A stretch of DNA of 64,000 nucleotides from Winogradskyella sp. (GTDB lineage: Bacteria; Fidelibacterota; Marinisomatia; Marinisomatales; AB-629-J13), in NCBI GenBank assembly GCA_964230865.1, contig CAXRJK010000024.1, positions 3,246 to 67,245 on the forward strand, written 5' to 3'. A program made the translations under genes and the position numbers. Of this stretch, positions 20,268 to 30,080 are shown piece by piece (positions within the stretch are counted from its first letter, which is position 1; each line of letters starts with the position of its first letter). Under the pieces are notes generated by a model, which saw only the letters and a list, made by a program, of their open reading frames with translations, made no database searches and was not told where the DNA came from.

Positions 20268-20677
20268 TATTCATCCTTTTTAGGTTTTTTAGCAGCTTTT
20301 TTTGTAGTGCTTTTTGCCTTTGTTTGTGTTTTAGTTTTTGCTGTTGTTTTTTTAGCAGGAGCTTTCTTGGCTTCTATTTTTTGAATTTCCAATATAGAGA
20401 ATCCCTGTCTATGGGTATTTTTATTTTCATATCCTTTTCTTCTCTTCTTCTTATATACAACAATTTTTTTGGTTCGTCCATGCTCCAGCAATTTTGCTGT
20501 TACTGTTGTATTTTTGACCATAGGGTTACCAACGGTTGTCTTTTTCCCATCATCAGTAAAATAGACATTTTCAAACACCACTTTGGCTCCTGGTTTGGAG
20601 TCAATAGTATCCGTCTGTATTTTGTCTCCTTTAGTGACTTTAAATTGTTTTCCTGCGATATCTACTATAGCGTACAT
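20267..20677 (-). CDS. rplU: 50S ribosomal protein L21 with a Lys/Ala/Thr-rich C-terminal tail
   Basis: [14 protein letters not shown] from ATG 20677; the track start 20689 is a TTG four codons upstream. TAATG overlap with rpmA. Confidence 0.9.
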   Translation of the reverse strand: MYAIVDIAGKQFKVTKGDKIQTDTIDSKPGAKVVFENVYFTDDGKKTTVGNPMVKNTTVTAKLLEHGRTKKIVVYKKKRRKGYENKNTHRQGFSILEIQKIEAKKAPAKKTTAKTKTQTKAKSTTKKAAKKPKKDE

Positions 20678-20712
20678 TATTTTTCTCAAAAAAGCCGATG
20701 AATTTAATAGAG

Positions 20713-22245
20713 TTATTTATTCTTTCCAAGTTCTAGTTCTTCAGTTATATCAACATTTGTTTTAGGATGAATAAAACGAAATTCATCTCTAGATATTTCT
20801 GTATTTTCTTCAATCTTCAATTTGGTAAAATGTTTCCACATAAGCCCACGTAGCACTGTTTTTTTCTCGTTTATTATATAATCAGCGTTTTCCGGATGAA
20901 GTTGCAATCTTAATCTCAAATCATTTTTTTGGATTTTATAACGTCTAAGCCAGTGGTCAATCCTTGTAATCAAGGTATCTTTTGAGATAATACGACCAGA
21001 ACCAAAACATGTTGGGCATACTTCACTCATTGAATCCAAAAGACTTAGCCGGATTCTTTGACGAGTCATTTCAAGGATCCCAAAGTCAGAAATAGGAGAA
21101 ACTGCTACCTTCGCCCGATCTTTTTTCAATTCCTTACGCATTTCATTATATATTTTTCTTTTGTTATCCTCTTTAACCATATCAATAAAATCAATAACAA
21201 TTAATCCACTTAGATCTCTTAGACGTAATTGACGTGCTATCTCACGAGCGGCCTCAAGATTGATTTTGAATGAATTTTGTTCGTGTAATTTTTTCCCTAC
21301 AAATCGGCCACTATTTACATCAACTACTACCATTGCTTCAGTTTTTTCAATTATCAGGTATGCCCCGCTTTTTAACCATACTTTTGGACGCATTAACTTT
21401 GCAATTTCATCTTCTATGCCCATACTTTCAAAAATGGGAATTTTTAATTTATAACGCTGTATTCGATTCCCCATATTGGGAGTTACATCTTCAATGTAAT
21501 TTTGTAACCGTCGATATATTTTTTTAGAATCAATAATAATTTTATCCACATCAGATGTCAATAAATCTCGAATGACACTAGAAGCTGTTTCTAGGTCCTC
21601 ATAAACCAATGCCGGCGTTTTAGATTTTTTAGATTTTTCTTCTAGTTTTTTCCAGTGGGAGGTCAACATATCATAATCATTCTTGAGTATATCATCAGAT
21701 TTCCCCTCGGCTATTGTTCGAACAACGAGTCCAACCTTTTTTCCTCTCATTTTAGAACACAATTTTTTCAGTCTTCTACGTTCATATTTATCCCAAATTT
21801 TCTTTGAAAGACCAACATAATTAACTCCTGGGACTAAAACTAAGAATCGACCGGGGAGAGAAATCTCAGTGGTAACCCGTGGCCCTTTGCTAGCAAAAGG
21901 CTCTTTTATAACTTGAACGAAAATTTCCTGACCTGAAGTCAATTCAATATTACGATGGTTATCTTCTTCCTGTTTCTCAGATGTTTTTGAATCCAAAACT
22001 ACATCAGGGAGAAAAGAACTATTTTGGATTTCAGAAAAGGGGAGAAAAGCATTAATGGAGTACCCGATATCTACAAAAGCTGCCTGCATTCCAGGAATCA
22101 CATTTTCAACAACACCTTTATATATATTCCCGACCATTCGCTGTTGGTCTTGTTTTTCTACATAGACTTCTACAAGGCGGTCATCTTCCAATATTGCAAT
22201 TCGAGTCTCCCCCATACTCTCATTAATATAAATTTCTTTCTTCAT
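20713..22245 (-). CDS. rng: ribonuclease E/G family endoribonuclease
   Basis: N-terminal S1-like domain (GNIYKGVVENVIPGMQAAFVDIG), catalytic core VVVDVNSGRFVG, and CPTCFGSGRI zinc-link. 510 aa. Confidence 0.85.
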   Translation of the reverse strand: MKKEIYINESMGETRIAILEDDRLVEVYVEKQDQQRMVGNIYKGVVENVIPGMQAAFVDIGYSINAFLPFSEIQNSSFLPDVVLDSKTSEKQEEDNHRNIELTSGQEIFVQVIKEPFASKGPRVTTEISLPGRFLVLVPGVNYVGLSKKIWDKYERRRLKKLCSKMRGKKVGLVVRTIAEGKSDDILKNDYDMLTSHWKKLEEKSKKSKTPALVYEDLETASSVIRDLLTSDVDKIIIDSKKIYRRLQNYIEDVTPNMGNRIQRYKLKIPIFESMGIEDEIAKLMRPKVWLKSGAYLIIEKTEAMVVVDVNSGRFVGKKLHEQNSFKINLEAAREIARQLRLRDLSGLIVIDFIDMVKEDNKRKIYNEMRKELKKDRAKVAVSPISDFGILEMTRQRIRLSLLDSMSEVCPTCFGSGRIISKDTLITRIDHWLRRYKIQKNDLRLRLQLHPENADYIINEKKTVLRGLMWKHFTKLKIEENTEISRDEFRFIHPKTNVDITEELELGKNK

Positions 22246-22517
22246 AGCATATACCTGCCGTTAGATACTAAAATTAACCGCACCCCTAGGAGAAGAAGAT
22301 CAAATGACCAGTCCTAAACGGGATACAGTACTACCAGTTATTTTATAAGGTAAATTAAGAGGAAGGAAAAAATCTTATTGGGTATGGTGAAAAAAACTTT
22401 CTTAGTAAAAAAATAGTTAATGCCCCTTAATTAACCTATAAGCTAATGAAAAATTTAATTCCCTTAAAGTCCCACATCAAAGAATTTTGTTAAATTAAAA
22501 CAAAATTTGAGACTTTT

Positions 22518-23132
22518 GTGGAAAGGTATAAAGAAGATTCTTCAAAATTTTGGGAAAATATATATTTAGCGGGTGATACTGGATGGGATTTGGGTGGTCC
22601 GACTCCTGTCTTTCAGAAACTATCTGAAACAATGAGTCCAGGTAAAATATGTATACTTGGATGTGGTAAAGGATATGATGCTATAGAATTTTCTCAAAGA
22701 GGATTTGAGGTCACAGCAGTAGATTTTTCAAAAACAGCTGTTAATAGTCTCAAGACACTAGCATTAGCTAAAAATGTGGCGGTTAATGTAATTCAGGATA
22801 ATATCTTTTCTTTAATACCTAAGTACAGAAATAGTTTTGATTATATACTTGAGCAAACCTGCTTTTGTGCTATTAATCCAAACAGACGAATTGAATATGA
22901 AAAATTAGTATATTCACTTTTAAAATATTCTGGGAAATTAATAGGACTTTGGTTTCCATTAGATAAAAGTCTAGAAGAGGGAGGACCTCCATACGGAACT
23001 AAGGTGGATGAAGTGAAAAGTATTTTTAGTAATCCATGGAAAATTGAGGTGGATAAATTTTCTGAATTATCCATAAAATCCAGAAAAGAGAGGGAAAAAC
23101 TGATTATTTTTAAGAAGGAGAATAATGAATAA
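22518..23132 (+). CDS. TPMT-family SAM-dependent methyltransferase (thiopurine / halide-thiol methyltransferase-like)
   Basis: FWENIYLAGDTGWDLGGPTP followed by the SAM motif ILGCGKGYDAIEF..GFEVTAVDFS. GTG start. Confidence 0.6.
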   Translation: MERYKEDSSKFWENIYLAGDTGWDLGGPTPVFQKLSETMSPGKICILGCGKGYDAIEFSQRGFEVTAVDFSKTAVNSLKTLALAKNVAVNVIQDNIFSLIPKYRNSFDYILEQTCFCAINPNRRIEYEKLVYSLLKYSGKLIGLWFPLDKSLEEGGPPYGTKVDEVKSIFSNPWKIEVDKFSELSIKSRKEREKLIIFKKENNE

Positions 23133-23751
23133 TAAAGGACATGTTATTGCCATTGGCGGTGGGGGATTTGGAAGGAATCCTAAACATAATAAAATTGAAA
23201 AATACATTTTAGGCCTTATTGAAAAGAAAAAACCAAATATTGTTTTTTTACCAACGGCTAGCGCTGAGGATAAAGGATATATTGTAAATTATTACTCCTG
23301 TTTTTCAAAGTTGAGCTGTGAACCATCTCATGTTACATTTTTCCAGCGCACACCAAGATTAGAGGGTATTATCAATAAGGCAGATATTATTTATGTTGGA
23401 GGTGGGAACACAAAAAGTATGTTGGCAGTTTGGCGAGAGTGGAAATTGGATAAACTGCTATTGAAGGCTTACAATCAAGGAAAAGTTTTATGTGGAGTGA
23501 GCGCTGGAGCTATTTGCTGGTTTGAACAGGGAATCACGGACTCTTGGGCGAGTAACTTAAATACTCTAAATTGTTTAAATTTCATTTCAGGTATGTGCTG
23601 TCCTCATTATCAGGAAGAGGAAGAACGTCGCCCCAGCGTCCACAAAATGTTAAAAACAGAAAAATGTATGCCTGGTTGGGCAGTTGATGGAGGGGCAGCG
23701 TTACATTTTTGCAATGGAGAGTATTTTAAGTCAATTAAATTTTATAGATAA
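23125..23751 (+). CDS. S51 family peptidase (dipeptidase E-like)
   Basis: VGGGNTKSML and the nucleophile motif CGVSAGAICW. 208 aa. Confidence 0.7.
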   Translation: MNNKGHVIAIGGGGFGRNPKHNKIEKYILGLIEKKKPNIVFLPTASAEDKGYIVNYYSCFSKLSCEPSHVTFFQRTPRLEGIINKADIIYVGGGNTKSMLAVWREWKLDKLLLKAYNQGKVLCGVSAGAICWFEQGITDSWASNLNTLNCLNFISGMCCPHYQEEEERRPSVHKMLKTEKCMPGWAVDGGAALHFCNGEYFKSIKFYR

Positions 23752-23940
23752 TCCTTTGTATATTATGTTTCAATAGAAAAAGAGAGAGTCATCGAAAAAA
23801 AAATGAAAATGACTGTTTTATAAAATTATTTATTGTATAAATTAAAGAAGCCAAAACCTACATTCTAATTATTCAAAGCAGAAATACTGATTTGGTTTAT
23901 AAGGGCTTTTAATAATATTTTCCAACTGCTGGTATCAAAA

Positions 23941-25158
23941 TCAACTAAATCTATTTTGTGAAACTAATTGTTTGAAATATGAAATTTCATGCCGAGATAG
24001 TTTTCTGTTTCTTCTTTGCATTACTTTCTGTGCAGTTTCAATAAATTTATCAAACTGATATAAGGTTTGGTTACCATTTGCAATCCATGAAAAAGGTTCA
24101 ACATTTGAGGGAGAAAAACCGCTTGAGACAATACTGGAACATGGTCCAAAAACAGAGCCAGTATTCATTTGAGTTCCAATTCCTGTTTTTACATGATCAC
24201 CAATAAACGAACCAATAAATGGAGACCCTGTATTAACCTTTTGTCTATCTAAATTGATATATACATCAGAATAATTATTTTTCAAATTACTGTTGGTTGT
24301 TCCTGCCCCTAAATTAACCCACTCTCCTAAAAAAGAATTTCCCAAATGCCCATCGTGAACCTTGTTTGAATATCCTTGAAAAATGGATTTTGAAATTTCA
24401 CCTCCTACTTTACATACGGGACCGATCACTGATGATGATACATAGGTATGTGGTTTTACGGTTGTACCTTGTCCAATGATTAAAGGACCTTCTAAATATG
24501 TCAAAGATTGAACGAGAGTGTTATCCATAATCTTGACAGGCCCCTTTTCTGCATTTATTACAACTGTTGGCTCAACTATTGCTGAATCACTAATGTAAAT
24601 ATTTTCTTCTCCAACAATATGAAATGAATCTAAATGGGCTTTTTTATTGAAAACTGATTTAGTCTTATCTATTTCTTCGCTCAATGTTTTAGGAATCCTC
24701 TCTAAAATATCCCATAAATAAGAGGCTTTTTGACCGGTTATTTCATTTTGATTAAAATGTTCTGGGAAATTACTCTCAACAGGACCACCCATCTCCATCC
24801 ATAATTTTCCTGATTGCTCAGATAATTTAAATCCAACAACCTCATCTTTAATTAGCCAGCTTGACTCTTCCCCAGAATTAAGTTTCTCTAACATGTGTTT
24901 ATTCCAAAATATATGCCCAGCAAGCCAAATCCCTTCATTTATATTTTGGGGGTTTACCTCTAGTTCACTATGCTTTCCCCTTACTAGATCAGCTATTTCA
25001 TTTCTTACAAATATAGAAATTTTATCATCAGAGGAAACCAGTTTTTTAAATCTATCTAAGAATGTATCCATACCAATTCTGATATCCATGATGGACCGGG
25101 TGACAGATATTGGATAGAAATTTGTTGTTCTACAATTCTCAAATAAATAATAATTCAT
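23941..25158 (-). CDS. putative sugar-phosphate nucleotidyltransferase/acetyltransferase with a left-handed beta-helix (alternative GlmU-like)
   Basis: N-terminal nucleotidyltransferase-like fold (LFENCRTTNFYPISVTRS) and C-terminal hexapeptide repeats (GPVCKVGGEISKSIF..NKVHDGHLGNSFLGEWVNLGAG). Confidence 0.55.
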   Translation of the reverse strand: MNYYLFENCRTTNFYPISVTRSIMDIRIGMDTFLDRFKKLVSSDDKISIFVRNEIADLVRGKHSELEVNPQNINEGIWLAGHIFWNKHMLEKLNSGEESSWLIKDEVVGFKLSEQSGKLWMEMGGPVESNFPEHFNQNEITGQKASYLWDILERIPKTLSEEIDKTKSVFNKKAHLDSFHIVGEENIYISDSAIVEPTVVINAEKGPVKIMDNTLVQSLTYLEGPLIIGQGTTVKPHTYVSSSVIGPVCKVGGEISKSIFQGYSNKVHDGHLGNSFLGEWVNLGAGTTNSNLKNNYSDVYINLDRQKVNTGSPFIGSFIGDHVKTGIGTQMNTGSVFGPCSSIVSSGFSPSNVEPFSWIANGNQTLYQFDKFIETAQKVMQRRNRKLSRHEISYFKQLVSQNRFS

Positions 25159-25691
25159 AAAAGACCTAAAAGCTGATTTATTTGGTTATATTGCCTTTCA
25201 ATAAATCCACTGGAATCAATCCTCAGGGTAACATTATATAATTTATGAGACCAATTAGATTCAAACCCAATTTTTAGTGATGATTTTACTTTATTTATCA
25301 AAATAGCATGTACTGGGTCAAATTCCGGGTTTAAATCTACAATTGCATCACAATTCAATATATCTATTTGAGTAGCTGTGGTTTGTTCAGGCAATCCCCA
25401 CCAATTTAATTGCTTATCTGAAATAATAATTCCAGAGTGATTTATTGATGCTGAGTACATAGATGAAACCTCAGAATAGCAAATAAGTTTAAAATCTAAT
25501 TTGTGTTTACTAATATCTATTAAATATTGTACAACATATTGACTATATTTTTTAGATGTGGGTAGGAAGTACGCCACTGAAGCTATTTTGTTTTCTCCAG
25601 TTCCAAGTTTTAACGATTTAGAATGAGTTCTTTTTTTTTTATTCTTTAACATTAAGGTAAGTGCAATCCTTGTCTTACAAGAAATTTTCAT
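25155..25691 (-). CDS. hypothetical protein
   Basis: 178-aa ORF in an ATGA overlap with the downstream GlmU-like gene. No family recognised. Confidence 0.4.
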   Translation of the reverse strand: MKISCKTRIALTLMLKNKKKRTHSKSLKLGTGENKIASVAYFLPTSKKYSQYVVQYLIDISKHKLDFKLICYSEVSSMYSASINHSGIIISDKQLNWWGLPEQTTATQIDILNCDAIVDLNPEFDPVHAILINKVKSSLKIGFESNWSHKLYNVTLRIDSSGFIERQYNQINQLLGLL

Positions 25692-25769
25692 GGCTGAATA
25701 TAGCTTTTTCTCCAGAGTAATCCTGCTTAGTTTTACAGCTTATTTAGTATTTAATACAAAAGGTTTAAC

Positions 25770-26504
25770 ATGAGCTTAGGTAAAAAGTTATTATGGGGAA
25801 GCCTTGGATGGGTTGTAGGCGGTCCAATAGGTGGTATTTTAGGTTATGCTGCTGCATCTCTATACGGTCAGGAAAATTCATACAACAGCTATATTTCTGG
25901 GGGACAAAGAGCTTATCCCAGAACAAAACCAGGAGACTTTATGGTTTCTATGTTGGTTTTATTTGCGTCTGTAATGAAAGCGGACAAACAGTTATTGCAA
26001 TCTGAATTAGCTTATGTTAAAGAGTTTCTCATAAAACAATTTCGCACTAATGATGTTCAAGATTTCATGATATTGTTTAAAGATATTCTTGAGCAAGATT
26101 ATCCTCTAAGAGATGTATGCAGACAGATTCAACGATCAATGGACCATCCGAGCAGGTTAGAGTTAGTGCACGTTCTTTTTGGCTTATCTCAAGCAGATGG
26201 GCAAATACATAGCGATGAAATCAGAGTTATTCATACTATTGCAAGGTATATGAATATCAATGAAAATGATTTTATATCCATTAAAGCTATGTTCATCCGG
26301 GAGACTGATTCTGATTATAAAATTTTGGAAATATCATCAGAATCAACAGATGAAGAAGTAAAAAAAGCATACCGAAAAATGGCAAATAAATATCACCCAG
26401 ATAAAGTCAGCCATTTAGGTGAAGAACTTCAGAAGTTAGCTGAAGAAAAGTTCAAATCTGTTAGTGATGCCTACCAAGCGATTAAAAAGGAAAGGGGAAC
26501 GTAA
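25770..26504 (+). CDS. DjlA-like membrane co-chaperone (TM + TerB-like domain + C-terminal J domain)
   Basis: N-terminal Gly-rich TM segment. J domain YKILEISSESTDEEVKKAYRKMANKYHPDK. Confidence 0.7.
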   Translation: MSLGKKLLWGSLGWVVGGPIGGILGYAAASLYGQENSYNSYISGGQRAYPRTKPGDFMVSMLVLFASVMKADKQLLQSELAYVKEFLIKQFRTNDVQDFMILFKDILEQDYPLRDVCRQIQRSMDHPSRLELVHVLFGLSQADGQIHSDEIRVIHTIARYMNINENDFISIKAMFIRETDSDYKILEISSESTDEEVKKAYRKMANKYHPDKVSHLGEELQKLAEEKFKSVSDAYQAIKKERGT

Positions 26505-26516
26505 CATTTTTTAATT

Positions 26517-28013
26517 ATGACTAAGGAAAAACCAGGACAATTCCCCTACACCAGGGGCATTTATGAGGATATGTATAAAAAACGGTTGTGGACTATGCGT
26601 CAATATGCCGGATTTACCAGTGCAGGTGAGACCAATAAAAGATTTAAATATTTATTAAAAAATGGAGTAACCGGTCTTTCTGTTGCATTTGATCTTCCAA
26701 CTCAAATTGGATTCGATTCGGATGATCCGATGTCAGAGGGGGAAGTTGGAAAAGTAGGTGTCCCAATTACATCCAATCAAGATATGTTAAATTTATTTCA
26801 GGATATTCCTCTAAGTGAGGTATCTGTATCCATGACAATTAATTCAACTGCAGCAATAGTCTTAGCAAACTATATTGTTACTGCTGAAAAACAGAACACA
26901 TCTATAAGTCAGTTAAATGGGACAATACAAAACGATATATTGAAAGAATATATTTCTAGGGGTACCTATATTTTTCCTGTTAAACACTCACTGAGATTGG
27001 TTACCGATATTTTTGAGTTTTCATCTACACATATACCAAGATGGAATACGATTTCCATTTCCGGATATCATATTAGAGAAAGTGGAAGCACAGCAGCTCA
27101 GGAGTTGGCGTTTACCTTTGCTGATGCGATCTGCTATATAGAGACAGCAATAGAGCGTAATCTTAATCTAGAAACGTTTGGTAAACGGTTATCTTTTTTT
27201 TTCAACTCTCACAATGACTTTTTAACTGAAATAGCAAAATTTCGCGCAGCCAGAAAACTTTGGTCCACCATCCTCCATGAAAGATTTGGAGTTACCAATG
27301 ATAAGATTCTGAAATGTAGATTTCATACGCAAACTGGAGGTTCAACACTTACCGCTCAGCAAATTGATAACAATGTTGTACGGACAACCGTTCAGGCTAT
27401 GTCTGCTGTTTTAGGAGGGACCCAATCTTTACACACCAATAGTAGGGATGAAGCTCTTTCTCTGCCTACGGATGATTCTGTTACTCTTGCATTGAGGACT
27501 CAGCAAATTTTAGCACATGAGTCGGGTCTTACAAAACATCCTGATCCATTTGGTGGTAGTTATGTTGTGGAAGATCTGACGGATAAATTAGTAAATGAAG
27601 CAATGGATATAATTTCAAAGATAGACCAGTTAGGTGGTACAGTTTCTGCTATTGAGAGCGGGTGGATTCAAAGTGAAATTGCAAAAAGCGCTTATGATCA
27701 TCAACTGAAAATTGATTCCGGTGAAAAGATTATTGTTGGAATAAATAAATATCAGGAGGATGAAGAATTAGAGCCTAATTTGCAGGAGATCTCAGAGTCA
27801 TTGGTGAGTAATCAAATTAACAGTGTAAAAAAATTCAAACAAAATCGTGATAATAACTATGTTAAAAAAGTACTTAATGATTTGGAGAATAAATGTAAGA
27901 GTACAGAAAATTTAATCCCCTCAATAATTAACTGTGTGAAAGGTGACTGTACTCTGGGAGAAATCACACAAACTATGAAATCTGTTTTCGGAGAATATCA
28001 ACCTTTGGGATAA
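26517..28013 (+). CDS. methylmalonyl-CoA mutase-family large (substrate-binding TIM barrel) subunit without a B12-binding domain
   Basis: PGQFPYTRGIY, RQYAGF, GLSVAFDLPTQIG, HTQTGGSTLTAQQ. 498 aa. No DxHxxG cobalamin motif. Confidence 0.8.
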   Translation: MTKEKPGQFPYTRGIYEDMYKKRLWTMRQYAGFTSAGETNKRFKYLLKNGVTGLSVAFDLPTQIGFDSDDPMSEGEVGKVGVPITSNQDMLNLFQDIPLSEVSVSMTINSTAAIVLANYIVTAEKQNTSISQLNGTIQNDILKEYISRGTYIFPVKHSLRLVTDIFEFSSTHIPRWNTISISGYHIRESGSTAAQELAFTFADAICYIETAIERNLNLETFGKRLSFFFNSHNDFLTEIAKFRAARKLWSTILHERFGVTNDKILKCRFHTQTGGSTLTAQQIDNNVVRTTVQAMSAVLGGTQSLHTNSRDEALSLPTDDSVTLALRTQQILAHESGLTKHPDPFGGSYVVEDLTDKLVNEAMDIISKIDQLGGTVSAIESGWIQSEIAKSAYDHQLKIDSGEKIIVGINKYQEDEELEPNLQEISESLVSNQINSVKKFKQNRDNNYVKKVLNDLENKCKSTENLIPSIINCVKGDCTLGEITQTMKSVFGEYQPLG

Positions 28014-28016
28014 ACT

Positions 28017-28598
28017 TTGAAACGGAATATAGCGATCACCATTTCCTTTTTGTTTCATCCAATGCTAATATCTCTAGCAGTATTTGCGGTATTAATTTTT
28101 AGTAATCCACTTCCATCCCAAAGCTCAATCAAAATTCTAGCAATCTGTTTTATTTTTTCAAATCTAATTCCAATTACAACGGTTTTTGTATTAAAAAAAA
28201 CCGGTTGGATTGATGATTTAGATGCTTCTGTTAAAGACCAAAGACAATTTCCGTTACTTTTGGGTATAGGATATGCAGGATTAGGATTTGGTTTTCTTTT
28301 TTTTAATGGTGCAAACGCTTTAACACAAGGTCTGATGTTTTGTTATATATCAAATACAATTTTCACAATTTTGATTAATCGATATTGGAAAATATCGATT
28401 CATTCTATGGGAGTCTCTGCACCCGCAGCAGCGCTATGGACAAATGGAAATCAATTTCCAATTATCATGGGATTAATTATTATTGGAGTGAGCTGTTCCA
28501 GAGTTATTTTGAAAGCTCACACGCCAAGTCAAGTGGGTGCTGGAGCAATTTTGGGGTTTGGGAGCACATTTTTACAGCTAAAATGGTTTTTTTGCTAA
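28017..28598 (+). CDS. polytopic membrane protein, possibly a degenerate PAP2-like phosphatase
   Basis: Six hydrophobic segments. SIHSMG and SRVILKAHTPSQVGAG weakly resemble PAP2 motifs C2/C3. TTG start. Confidence 0.4.
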   Translation: MKRNIAITISFLFHPMLISLAVFAVLIFSNPLPSQSSIKILAICFIFSNLIPITTVFVLKKTGWIDDLDASVKDQRQFPLLLGIGYAGLGFGFLFFNGANALTQGLMFCYISNTIFTILINRYWKISIHSMGVSAPAAALWTNGNQFPIIMGLIIIGVSCSRVILKAHTPSQVGAGAILGFGSTFLQLKWFFC

Positions 28599-28646
28599 AT
28601 ACTTTTTTAGCTATTACATTGTAAAATATATGAATGAATTAAAATA

Positions 28647-30080
28647 ATGAGATTCCAAAATAAAAATAACACCTATTTTCAAGTTATAATTGTTCTATTA
28701 TCATTATTTTTTTTAAATAGTATAAAATATGCTCAGGTATTGCCATATGATAAACCTTCGATCTTTTCAAACAATCCACAGACTACCCCTAAAACAATAT
28801 CACTTAACGAGGATGAAATTCAAATATTAGATGACGATTGGAGAGTAGGTTCAAAAATTCTAGAGGGTGAAAATGTAATTTATTTTCTTCATTTTTCAAT
28901 GGAAAAAGAAATAAATATACAATTGCAATTGGATAAAAGTAGTTTTCCTGAAAACGGAAAACTATTTATCATCGACCCTAAAAATTGGGCTTGGGTGGGA
29001 CCTTATAAAAAGGAATATATAAGCACTGATTTTTCATATTACACAGGTAGAATTAAAACATCAGAATTTATCATAGAGTTTTCTATACCTGTAAAATATG
29101 AAAGTTTGTTACCAAAACTCTTAATTCAAATGCCTTCCTCAAATCCAGATGAACCTGAGACCATACCAAGATTTTTCCACCGTCCAAAGAGCAAAAGGGA
29201 AAATCCGGTAATTTTGCTCACTGGATATTGGCCTCCAACCAATGAAGCTGTAAGGCCTTTTAGTCAAAATTCCCTTTTAAATCCAGACGGGTGGATAGGA
29301 GATAACTGGGAAGAATTTGGTTTTGACATTATTTCATATTTTCCAACTTTTTTCCCTCCTGACTGTGAAAGCTGCGGACAGGGTAATGGAGATTTTGAGG
29401 TGGACTATCAGGATACATCAGAGGACTGGTGGAACATAGTAGACTCACTAAACCCTATTTCAATCATAACCTTTAGCCGAGGATACATAAATTATAGTTG
29501 GGAACTGGAATATAAATATTATAATTGGTTTAATTGGATTAATGATTTTACTCCACCTTATCAGCCTACGCCTACACCTCCAGATCAAGATTCTCCTGCT
29601 AATTCCATGCGATTTTCATCCCTGCCAATGACAGAAATTGTTGATGTTGTAAATGGTTCAGATTTGGGTTTAAACGCTTATATTGATTATGCAGCGGGAG
29701 CCGGACAGTATTTATCTGAATTCAAAGGATTTCATGGAGTGTGGTATAAAGCTCTCATGGAAAATATTGAAGATACACCATGCTATGTTGCTGGTCATGT
29801 CCATGTAGGTGGATTAGTTGATTGGGATACAGCTCATGAAGCAGTCAAGATTACACTGAGGGAAACCATAAACTATATTCAGGAAAACTATCTTAGCCCA
29901 GGTGATATAAATCGTGACGGTTTTATTAATTCCTTGGATCTAAATTTAATATTATCTCACATAAATGGATTCAATGAATTAACGGAGGATGAGGTGTTTT
30001 TTGCTGATATGGATCAAGATTCAGATATTACCTCACATGATGTTGTTTTACTGGTAAATTTGATGATTTATCAAAATTAA
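28647..30080 (+). CDS. secreted protein: N-terminal beta-rich region + pyroglutamyl-peptidase (C15)-like domain + C-terminal dockerin-like double Ca-loop
   Basis: Signal peptide. VILLTGYWPP, SWELEY, GQYLSEF and AGHVHVGG line up with the PGP-I landmarks TGF.PF, E, C and H. GDINRDGFINSLDLNLIL and ADMDQDSDITSHDVVLLV are dockerin-type loops. Confidence 0.45.
   Translation: MRFQNKNNTYFQVIIVLLSLFFLNSIKYAQVLPYDKPSIFSNNPQTTPKTISLNEDEIQILDDDWRVGSKILEGENVIYFLHFSMEKEINIQLQLDKSSFPENGKLFIIDPKNWAWVGPYKKEYISTDFSYYTGRIKTSEFIIEFSIPVKYESLLPKLLIQMPSSNPDEPETIPRFFHRPKSKRENPVILLTGYWPPTNEAVRPFSQNSLLNPDGWIGDNWEEFGFDIISYFPTFFPPDCESCGQGNGDFEVDYQDTSEDWWNIVDSLNPISIITFSRGYINYSWELEYKYYNWFNWINDFTPPYQPTPTPPDQDSPANSMRFSSLPMTEIVDVVNGSDLGLNAYIDYAAGAGQYLSEFKGFHGVWYKALMENIEDTPCYVAGHVHVGGLVDWDTAHEAVKITLRETINYIQENYLSPGDINRDGFINSLDLNLILSHINGFNELTEDEVFFADMDQDSDITSHDVVLLVNLMIYQN

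Noticed and set aside
20213-20701. 162-aa plus-strand ORF covering the rplU/rpmA region.
   Set aside because: It lies antisense to two unmistakable ribosomal protein genes. Its Cys/Phe/Ser-rich low-complexity translation is what the reverse complement of Lys/Ala codons produces. It has no Shine-Dalgarno.
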